Below, one piece after another: positions 9,380 to 19,169 of a stretch of 20,000 bases of DNA. Both the position numbers and the translations under genes were made by a program. Under the pieces are notes generated by a model. That model saw only the letters and a program-made list of their open reading frames with translations. It searched no databases and had not been told where the DNA came from. The first letter of the stretch is position 1, and every line of letters begins with the position of its first letter. This DNA is from Vezdaea acicularis (Eukaryota): assembly GCA_026025075.1 (NCBI GenBank), contig JAPEUI010000090.1, positions 46,473 to 66,472 on the forward strand, written 5' to 3'.

Positions 9380-12300
9380 ATGGTGCCCGCAATGTCTCTG
9401 GAAGCTAAGCTTGATAAGATTCGATCTCCAAATCTCCAGAACCAGAAAGAAGTTAATTTAATGCCACCCTGGTGCTCGCTGCTGCTTTGCTAACCAACCT
9501 GCAGAACGCAGTGGTGCTCTCAGCGCTCGAGGCCACAATCAGAGAACAACATGCGCAGCCCACCCCGACGGCATACTTTGCCGCCTTACTCGCGCTTTTG
9601 GGGCAATCAATATCCCAGGAATCTGGCATCGTCAATAAAGAGCTTGCTACTGCAGTGGTGTATCTACTCGACATTGTGATACCATTCACCCCACAACCAC
9701 TCCTCCGCTCGAAGTTCTACCAGATCCTTATACATCTCGCAACACCCTTGACGCACAAAGAAGCCGAAGCGCCTCTACTTAAGCCGGCGATAGGATGTCT
9801 AGAGACTCTGCTTGTTGCGCAGGACTCTGCATCATGGAGCTTGCCACCATCGCAAGTTGGTCCAAGAGCAGCAATGGCGCTGCTATTAGAGCTGGCGGTG
9901 GACCCCAGACCCAAGGTCAGGAAACATGCACAAGATGCCCTCAAGAAAGTCTTACAGAGTCCGCCACCAAGTCCTGCTCTAGATCATCCCGCGGCAGACT
10001 TGTGTGCGCAAACGTCGCTAAGGAGATTGAGTGAGCTCGCGCTTGCCGCTGGAAAGACGAAGAAAAGCAGGGGACATGAGAACGCGGGGCAGCATGAGCC
10101 AGCTCTGATACATGCCTTGCAACTTATCAAGGCGGTTGCCGCGGCGGCCGGGGGATGGCCAAGTAAGAAGATAGAGCCCCTGTGTGAAGTGCTTCTCAAT
10201 ATCTCAAAGTCCACCAACGAGTACTTGACCATGGCCACTTTTGAGGTGTTTGAGATCATTTTTACTGGAATGGCAGACGATTTCAACTCTTCCAAGCTAC
10301 CCCGTTTACTTGACGCGATCTCTGAACTACGACCGTCGCAGAATGACTCTCAACTGCTCCCGCCATGGATTGCGATCATGTCGAGAGGGTACGAGGTATG
10401 GGCACAGGTAGATTCTCAAGAGACATTCCAAAAGCTGCCTGAGATTTTTGACCTGGTCGCTGGGTTTCTGGCATCCTCTGCGCACAATATAAGGGTTTCG
10501 GCGTCCGAGTGTTTGGTTTCCTTGCTAGAGAATTGCATACCCAATTCCGCTCTTCTAAGCCCATCGATATACGACGAAAAGGTTCTGGAGAAATTAGCTC
10601 GATTAGCAATTGGGCTTCTCAGTGTGAATTATCAGGCAGCTTGGGTGGAAGTGTTTACGGTCCTTGTATCTATGTTCAGCTCTCTAAGCTGGAAGGCGAA
10701 CCCAATCATGTTCGATGTGGTAAAGACAGTCGGCGAGCTAAGAGGTAACGACTCGTTCGCTGGGAAGAAGGAAGCGGACGAAGTGCTCGGATCTGCAGTC
10801 CGAGTAATGGGTCCGGAGGCGATTCTTAAGCTCTTGCCTCTAAATCTCATGAAACCTAAAGCCGGTCAACCTGGTCGAGCTTGGCTTCTGCCAATTCTCC
10901 GAGATCACGTATGGGCAGCGAACCTGATGCATTTTAGGAGCGAGTTTGTGCCCTTGAGCGAGGTTATGTTTCAGAGAGTGCTCGATCATGGAGAGGCAGA
11001 GAAAACGATGGAGATAAAGATTTATGAAACCTTGGTGCAGCAGATTTGGGCACTCTTACCAGGATACTGCGAACTGACCCAAGACCTGCCACAGGTAAGT
11101 TATACCACAATCGCGATGCTTGGCACAGCGAGACTGATGCCGTCGTCCGGTAGGCGTTTGACCAAGGATTCGCTGAATTGATCTCGAATCTGCTCTATCA
11201 ACAAGTGGGACTGCGGGTCGATATCTGCAGAGCGCTGCATAGCCTAGTCCAATCTAACCAATCGATTCTGCAGGTTCCAGAAGACGAAGAGTTGTTATTG
11301 CACATCATCTCCAAGGAGCGTGCTCAAAAAAGCCTAGACCACCTAGCAAGTCTTGCGGGGAACTTGCTTGCAGTGCTTTTCAATGTCTATAGCCAAACAC
11401 TACCGCAGCACAGAGGCCATATCCTCAAATGTATCGACGCGTACCTGGAAATTATCCCCCAGCAAGTAGGAGCCTCCTTCTGCTAGCTTGTGCGTCAAAC
11501 ACTAAATGGTTTATTAGGAGCTGATGGAAACCTTCACCCGAGTCACAACCGCTCTCGAAGGCTCTCTCGTAGAGGCTGGTCCGCAAACTCAAGCATCCAA
11601 ACAGAAGCAACAAGGCCAACCCGCCGCCGACAAGATGCCACCCATGAGCCACACCCTTATGGACCTCGTCATTACTATCTCCGTGCATCTTCCCCGTGAG
11701 AGCTTCTCTACCCTCTTCCAAATCGCCTCGGTGATTATTACAAAGGACAACGACGCCCAGCTCCAGAAGAAGGCGTACAAGCTGATCCCTCGACTCGCCA
11801 GCACGCCCACCGGCAGCGAAGCGCTACAAACCCGCTCCGAAGAAGTGCAGCACCTCCTCCTTGCCAGCGCCTCAACCACCTGCATCCCTTCCCGCCGCGA
11901 CCGCCTCCTCGCCCTCTCTACCGTCGTCTCCTCGCTCTCGCCCACCAGCCTCCACTTCATCCCCACCATCCTCTCCGAAGTCGTCATCGCCTGCAAGGAG
12001 ACGAACGAGAAAGCGCGCACCGCCGCCTTCGAGCTACTGACCCTGATGGGCCGCCGCATGGCCGAAGGCGGACTCATCACCGCCGCCAAAGTCCCGCATC
12101 TAGGCCCCGATGCCGCAGACATCCCGGCGACCCTGGAAGAGTACTTTACGATGCTCGCGGCCGGCCTGGCAGGCGGTTCGCCGCACGTAGTCGCCGCCTC
12201 CGTCGCAGCCCTAGCGCGCTGCCTGTACGAATTCGGCGACGAGCTCGCGGACGAGACCAAGTCCGAGCTCGTGCAGACGATGGACCTCTTCCTGACCTCG

Positions 12301-13566
12301 CCCAACCGCGAGATCGTCCGCGCCGTGCTGGGCTTCGTCAAAGTCGCCGTCATCGCCCTGCCCAAGGCGATGGTGCAGCCCCGCCTCGCCTCGCTGGTGC
12401 CGCATCTCCTGGCATGGGGCAAGGAGCATAAGAACCAGTTCAAGGCAAAAGTCAAACATATCATGGAGCGCCTGATGCGCCGGTTTGGTACGGAGATTGT
12501 GGAGAAAGTCACGCCGGAGGAGGACTGGAAGTTAGTGAGGAATATCCGCAAGGCGAAAGATGCGCGGAAGCGCCGCAAGGACGCTGCGAAAGACGACGGC
12601 GAAGAGGAGGACGAAGAGGCGGGAAGCGACGCGCCCAACGCCCCCCACTCTCGCCGCTCCCGCCAATTCGACAGCGCCTTCGACGAAGTGGCATACGGCT
12701 CCGACTCCGACGTCTCCGCCCTCTCCAACCCCGCAGACTCGGACGACAACCCCACCCGTAAGCGCCACGGCAGGGGAAGTACCACCACCACCACCGCCGC
12801 CGCCGCTACGAAAAAGCGTGGTAGCAGGACATACATCCACGAAGACCCGGACGAACCCCTCGACCTCCTCGGCACATCCGCACTCGCACACCTCTCCTCC
12901 ACCAAACCGCCCAAACGCGGCGACGGTCTGGTCAGCACCAGGAAACGCGGCGTCCAGCTCGATGTTGACGGGAAATTGGTTTTTCGAGAAGGGGGTGCGG
13001 ATGGGGAGGCTATGCTTCTTGAACCTGGTGCTGATGCTAACGGGAATGGAAACGGGGATAGGGATTTGGGGGTAAAAACGGGAACAGGAGCCTACCTCGA
13101 AGCCCTCAGCGGGAAACACGCCGTCCAGCGCGGGCGAGGCGGGAAATTGAAGTTTCGCGGGGCGGGCACGAGGCGCGATGGCCGTGGTCATCCTAATGCT
13201 GATCCCGATGCTGATGGCGATGCGGATGGTGATCAGATGGATCTCGATGTTGACCAGGATGCGACGGCGGCCAGACAAGGCCGGGATATGTCACTTAACG
13301 CTGGAAGAAGTGGCGCGGGGAGAGACTTTAGGGCGGGGAGGGGAGCCCTTGGTGGACGAGGACGAGACGGGGGAAGGAGTAGGGGCAGAGGGAGAGGAAA
13401 TAGTGGGAGAGGCGGAGGCGGGGGTGATCGTCCTGCACGCTTCGGGGGACGGGGAGGCGTTGTCAAAAGCACTCGAGGCGGTCGAGGCGGGAGGGGGAGT
13501 GCTGGGAGAGGGGGGAGTGGTGGGCATGGAGGTAGAGTAAGGGCAGGGAGGGCGCGGGGGGGATAA
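9380..13566 (+). CDS. RRP12: Ribosomal RNA-processing protein Rrp12 (HEAT repeats, NUC173 domain), about 1340 aa, with C-terminal RGG tail
   Basis: Exons 9380..9451, 9505..11094, 11154..11465, 11518..13566. Introns are 53 nt (GTTAAT..GCTAAC..CAG), 59 nt (GTAAGT..TAG) and 52 nt (GTAGGA..TAG), all phase 0. Motifs: SLEAKLDKIRSPNLQ, TPTAYFAALL, DPRPKVRKHAQ, GRAWLLPILRDHV, QIWALLPGYC, LQKKAYKLI, NREIVRAVLGFVKV, EDPDEPLDLL. Start context CAAAATGG; second in-frame ATG at 9392. Confidence 0.93.
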
Positions 13567-13749
13567 GTTGCTGTTTTCTCCTACTGTCCCTAGTCTGTCC
13601 GGCTCTTCTGTTCTGTTCTGTTGTAGTTGTTCGATAAGATGCTTGATACTACATCCCCTTTCCACATCTCTACTTTTGCTTTCCCATAGACGAGAGAGAG
13701 TCCACAAAAAATCAGCTAGGATGGCGGTGATACATCACGTCCCGCTAGT

Positions 13750-13790
13750 TACGTATATACGTGTATGTGTGAGAAAGAGGGGGGGGGGGG
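13750..13790. terminator. Candidate bidirectional 3'-end signal between convergent RRP12 and SIF2-like genes
   Basis: Perfect palindrome ACGTATATACGT (13751..13762) with overlapping TACGTA and TATATA (TAYRTA efficiency-element consensus), followed by a G12 run (13779..13790). Confidence 0.4.
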
Positions 13791-14060
13791 AGGAGACCTG
13801 ATACACGAAAAGGCCAGACAACCCCCGACATGACGAACGCGGACACTCTCGCCCATTCTAGGCGCGCAGGGCCATACACGTGCGGGGCATCCCGTTAAAA
13901 AAGGAGTATGTGAAAAAACGAGGAGAAGATCCCCCAATCCCCCCGCTCCTCCCACAGAAAAATTCCCAAACAGATCAGCCCCTCCAATATTGTCCCCCCA
14001 AAACGCCGACAGATGCCGCCACTCGATACGCCAAGGAAGACCCCACGTAAACCATCCAAC

Positions 14061-16743
14061 TCACGCAATCGTGCCCTCGACTTTCCGACCCCTCCACGCA
14101 GCGGGATCGCGGCCATTTCCAGCTCCACCTCCACCGCCGAGATCAACGACACAGACTCTCCCGGCCGTGACGACGACAAGCCTCTTCCCATCGCCGTCCC
14201 AGCCGATACCGGCTTCGCCCTCCCCCTCATCTTCGTCCGCAATCTCGCTACCGACGCCTTCGTCCTTCTCTCGATCTTTGAGGTCCTGTCCGACGCCGCC
14301 GACGTCGTCGTCGAGGAGGCCCTTGAGTGCGATATCGCGGCCGCGCCAGACGGCTTTGGGGAGACCGCCGTTAAGGGCGTCGAAGAACCAGACGGCACCG
14401 GGGGCGAGGAGGACGGCGACTTCGGCGCCGTTGGGGCTGAAGGCGAGGGCGAGGGCGGGGGGTTTGTCGGGGGGGGAGAGGGAGGGGGAGGGGGGGGAGG
14501 GGATGAGCACGTGGATGGTGTGGAAGGGCGAGTTGCCGTTGAGGAGGCGGACGGAGCCGTCGGTGCAGGTCGTGCCGATGAAGCGGGCGGAGCGCGGTTG
14601 GAGGAGGTGCGAGGAGCGGGGGGTGAGTGGTTGCCAGTTTATCGATGTGAGGGCCGCGGGGTGGGGGTGGGTGTGTAGGTGGGCGTGGGTTTGGGATGTG
14701 TAGACCTGAGACGCCAGTTTAGCTTTGGCGGGATATGGGAGAGGAGGAGGGGGGAGATTAAAAATGGGGGGTTTACGTCAACGGTGCCGTCACTGGCGGC
14801 GGTGCAGTAGTTCCCAAAGATGGTGTCGTAGCGGATGAAATTCAACTCGTAACCCTCCGTCGACGCGCCAAAGAGGTTCGTCCTCGACGTTGACCCAATC
14901 GGCGAGACCTGGTTGTGGACGATGCGGAAGAGACGAATCTGCGTGCCACAGCAGAGCGCAAACGAATCCTCGCCGAGCCAACAAGCATCGTTCGCGACGC
15001 CGGGAACGGGGATACTGCGAGGGCGCATCCCAGTGGTCGTCCACACGAAGAGCTCACTCTCCTCGTTCGTCAGGTTGCCCGAAACGCCGAGCAGCATCGA
15101 GCCGGCCGAGTTCCAGCAGAGGCTGATGAGGCTGTCGCGGCCGACGGGGAAGGACTCGAGGAACCGGCCGGACAGGTTGAACAGGATGACTTCGCTGTCG
15201 ACATCTTCACGCGGCGAGCGGGGCGCGACGGCCAAAACGTTTCCCTCGGGATCCCACGCAATGGCGGTGATGTACAGCTGCTTGGTCCCATCGAGGTCCA
15301 AGTCCATGAACTGGATCTGCGAGGCCTTCGACGCGCCATTCTGATAGCTCGTGGTGTCGTTCCCCGCCGAGACATTCAAAGTGGCACCCTCGAAATTCCA
15401 CAAGCGGCATAGCGCGTCGGTTCCTGCGGTGGCCAAGATCTTGGGATGGCGCGGGTTCCAGCGCGCGTGCATCACGCTTCGGCTGCTGCCACCAGCGTGA
15501 TTCCCTCCAGCGGTCGCGCCCGGGAGCTGACTGGTCGGAGCGCCGTTGACCTTCACGCTCAGGTCGTGATTTGCGATCGGACCGGGCGCACCAATCGAGG
15601 TGTCGAGCACGCTGGTCGTTTCAGCGCCCAGTTCGGCCACCCTGTCGACTTGCATGTCGACTTGCACGCCCTGACTGGTGCCGTTCGTGACGATGCGAGT
15701 GGCCGTTGCGGTCGCCGTCGGCCATTGCCCGTCCGACGCGGCGGCATCTGCTGCAGCGGACGGCTCCCGCGGCGTCGACGAGGAGTGCGGGTAATTGCCA
15801 AAGCCGTTCTGCTGCTGCTGCTGCTGCTGCTGAAGCTGTTGGTGTTGCTGCTGTTGCGGTGTCGGCGAATCGACGTCCATCGCATCGCCGGTGGTTCCCT
15901 GCTCGACGCCATTGGATCGCCGCGATTTCTTCCGCTCGGGTGGCTGGGGTGGGGAGTCGAGGTTCATGTCCGTGCCGGGCCCGCTGTCTCGTGCGTGCTT
16001 GCGTGGGGATGGGGCGCGCCCCCCACCCGCTGCGACCGGCTCTGGAGGCGGCGGAAGTGCTGGAGGGAGGTGTGCTTCGACGTCCACGTCGGGCGCTGCG
16101 TTTGGCGAGGATCGAGATGGGGCAGTGGGTGCAGCAGCAGCAGCAGCAGCGGCGGCGGCGGCGGCGGCGCGACCCAAGTCAGGGCCAAAGAACGACGCCG
16201 ACGTCCACTCGCCGGCGGCGATCGGGTTGCCGCGCTGTCATCAGCCGTTAACCCGTGGTCGAGAAATGCAGGAGGGAGATGAGATGGAAGACGAAGAGAT
16301 AGACAGGAAAATCGCATACCTTGTCGACGCTCTGCTCGACCTCGTAATACTGAAGACCCTTCTGCACGAGCGAGACTAGCGCGTGCGTCTTGATGAACTG
16401 CGCGAAGGGCAGGCCTTGCGGGTCCTGCTTCCATTCTTTCTGAAGCTTGACGGCCGTCTCGCCGTATCCTAGGAGACCTCGTCGTCAGCACATCCCACGA
16501 AGGTCGTTCGACCAGGAGGAATGATCCCATACCTAATTCCTGTAGATATCTGCGTTGCGGCGGTGCAGCCCTCGTGTTAGCGAAGGTGGCCCTTGGTAAC
16601 TCGTGCTTGTACCTGGCCCCGGGGGCCAAATCGGCCAGCCGCCCGGATCAGATGAAGGGGAGAATGAGCGACGGCGGACCAAAAAACACGTACCTCCAGA
16701 CGAGATAGCTGACATGATCGGAATTCAAGGACGAGGAGGTCAT
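14061..16743 (-). CDS. SIF2: LisH + WD40 repeat protein, Sif2/TBL1 family (Set3C-type histone deacetylase complex subunit), about 772 aa
   Basis: Minus-strand exons 16743..16694, 16549..16533, 16468..16320, 16234..14777, 14705..14061; total 2319 nt in frame. Introns are 144, 64, 85 and 71 nt. N-terminus LNSDHVSYLVWRYLQELGYGETAVKLQKEW...HALVSLVQKGLQY is the Sif2/TBL1 LisH signature. WD blades include ARWNPRHPKILATAGTDALCRLWN, ITAIAWDPEGNVLAVA and ALAFSPNG. Confidence 0.87.
15809..15856 (-). repeat. CAG/CAA trinucleotide tract encoding poly-Q in the SIF2-like linker
   Basis: (CTG)8 on + at 15809..15832 plus interrupted units; protein QQQQHQQLQQQQQQQQ. Confidence 0.9.
16130..16169 (-). repeat. 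Compound (GCA)6(GCG)7 microsatellite encoding poly-Ala (13 A)
   Basis: Seen directly in sequence; translates as GRAAAAAAAAAAAAAP in the SIF2-like frame. Confidence 0.9.
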
Positions 16744-18248
16744 GGTGCGCGCGACCGCATGCGTTTGCGCGCAGCGACCGAGGGCGTGATCGTTCGGTCG
16801 AGTCCAGCTGGTGTCGAGGGCGGCCGTGTATCGTGAGGGACGAGCGGATGTGCAGGTCGCGGATGGCAGAGGTTGTCGAGTGGGTGTGACGAGAAGAGGA
16901 AATGAGGTTGTGGTTGTTGGAAAACTGGCGATGGAAGGTGGAAGGGCTGGATGGTGGATGGCCGGGTTCTTGACATTCAAAGATGTCTCGTCTGGTCTTC
17001 CTTCTGCCGGGCTAGGCTGCTTCCGTGGCTAGCGCACGAGGAATGGGGGGTGGGCGCCGTGAGAATCGGGGGCGACAGGCGAGTCCAAGCGGCTTTCGTG
17101 GAGGACGGGCCCTCGACTGGTCGCGCTCTATCGAAGGCGTTTTGAAGTGACCGATGTCGAGAGATGGTCGAGCGAGAGACGACGTGTGGAGAGGAAAAGA
17201 GTGGAGGCGAGAGCGAGCGAGCGACTGAAGAGCCTGACTGACTGCCACCGACGCGATGTCGCAGATTCGGCGTGGAGATACCGTGACCCGTTCACGGAAG
17301 GAAGAGAGAGGAGGGGAGGGAGGGAGGGAGGGGCGACCGACTGGAAAGGGAAAGAGACAGATCCGGGGGATTTCCGTCGACGAGACTACGGGAATGCGTT
17401 AAGGCGTTGACGCACCGGCGTGGCCTTTTTTCCTCTCGCGCCCTCCAGTGCCGTGCGGCTCGACCGGGCGGCTGTCTCTCGCCAAGCCCTCGCGCGGCTA
17501 TGGGCCCCCGGCCACTGCACGTGTTGCCCCGACCTGTTTCTGGACATCCACATCCCTCCACGTCTCTCCCTATCATCCCCCCTGCAGCCGCGCATGATTG
17601 GACACCTAGCCACTTGACCCAAATCGTCGTTCATCAATTACTACCTGCCTCTTCAGAAAACGTAGCTCTAGTCATGGTCGTGCCTGCCTATCATCCCCTT
17701 TCGATGACCTCATCGCAGACCATCTCCCTTTCGAACAGCGTAGCATCACGTGCGAAGATCTCCCCTCTCGTGCAGTCTCTCTTTTAGGATCGCATGCATT
17801 ATCTATATCGACCCCCTTTTTCCCATACCGACCTTTGATCTGATGGCGTATCGTATTCCTGCAAGCCCGAGAACCACGTGCATGGTCAATACAGCAGCTT
17901 ACCTGCAAGTACAATGCCGGGTTCGTCAGTCACCATGTATACACTGCATAAGTTTACTTAACCATAATGTCCACCGACGAAACACCCGCATCTCCTGATC
18001 CGACCAATCGACGTGACTTATGAGAAGAAATTAATGAATCGGGAAGGCATTTTCGAACGGTGGCTTGGCGTGCTGACTGGTTTGTTGTGGGGTCTTATTA
18101 TGTGCGATGCGGAAGCTGCGATATATGCATCCTTCGCGCAACTCCTCCACGAAGAGACAGGAGCCTGGACACGCTGTGAGGCGCGATCGAAGCCATGAAA
18201 CGCCATGTTCGCAGCGTCCTTCTCATATTCCAAGCCCATTAAAGAGCC

Positions 18249-19169
18249 TCACTCATCCCCTCCTCCCCCCACCCCCCCCATAACCGTATCCCCATCCCCC
18301 TCCCTCCCGCCACCCCCCGCACCCGCCCTCTCCGCCCTCGTCCCCACCCTCGCCCTATAAACCTCATACTCGGCCCTAACCCCCCTCCTGACGCCCTCAA
18401 TCCTGCTCTCCACATCCCTTACCCTCCCCTCCCAACTCTCCCACTCCCCCTCACCCACCTTATCCAACACCCTCCTACTCGCCTCCCCCTCCCTCTCCAA
18501 GCCCCTAACCACCTCCCCCGCCTCCCTCGCCCTCTTCACAAGCTCCTCCCTCCTCCTCCTCCTCTCCCGTACAATCTCCTCTCTAAGCCCCTTCCACCTC
18601 CTCCTCTCCCCAGCAGCGCTCCCTGGGCTTCGAAGAAGTAATCCAGCATCCCACCCCGCACCCGCCCTCGCATCCCTCTCCACCCCCGCCATCAACCTAT
18701 TCTCCCTCTGCCCCGTAACCCCATCCTCCAAATCCTGCCTCGTAGCCCTCGTAACCCCTTCCCCCTCCTCTCCCTCCCTCGCCCACCTCCGTCCCGATGG
18801 GCCCTCCCACACCCCCCTAGCTCTAAACACCTCTTCTTCCCTCCCCGCTACCAGTTCTACCAAACCCGCGCCGCGCATTTTCGCGCCGACCACTTCGCGC
18901 GTGGCGGGGAGACTGGTGTGCGCGGCTAAAGAGCGCAGAGTGAGTGCGTCCCAGCTGTCTAATGTCATGCTGAGGCTGTTGCGCGCGGTGCGGAGGGCGT
19001 GCGTGTTTGCTGCTTTGAGGGGGGGGAGGAGGTGCGGGGGGGCGGGGGGTTGGAAGAGGGGGATGGTTGTTGTGGCGGGGTTGGCGGGGTTGGAGGTGGA
19101 AGGGTGGGGGTGTGGTAGGTTGGGGAGACCGAGGGCTTGGAGGTCTTGGGGGGTGGGGTTGGGTGGCAT
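18249..19169 (-). CDS. Hypothetical protein, 306 aa: Pro-rich N-terminus and R/E-rich predicted coiled-coil C-terminal half
   Basis: Long stop-free ORF with good start context (CAACCATG). It shows the same C-rich 5' to G-rich 3' synonymous pattern as neighbouring genuine genes. No family recognised. Confidence 0.6.
   Translation of the reverse strand: MPPNPTPQDLQALGLPNLPHPHPSTSNPANPATTTIPLFQPPAPPHLLPPLKAANTHALRTARNSLSMTLDSWDALTLRSLAAHTSLPATREVVGAKMRGAGLVELVAGREEEVFRARGVWEGPSGRRWAREGEEGEGVTRATRQDLEDGVTGQRENRLMAGVERDARAGAGWDAGLLLRSPGSAAGERRRWKGLREEIVRERRRRREELVKRAREAGEVVRGLEREGEASRRVLDKVGEGEWESWEGRVRDVESRIEGVRRGVRAEYEVYRARVGTRAERAGAGGGGREGDGDTVMGGVGGGGDE

Noticed and set aside
11589..12938. 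449-aa antisense ORF over RRP12, and similar long shadow ORFs (14013..14678, 15446..16282, 15964..16629)
   Set aside because: Expected from high GC3, which removes stops on the opposite strand and in other frames. The translations are low-complexity and overlap well-supported genes.
13950..14064. Extra terminal intron in SIF2 (GTGAGT overlapping the stop codon)
   Set aside because: The first AG after the GCTGAT branch-like site is a poor GAG, and the protein already has a plausible final WD strand.
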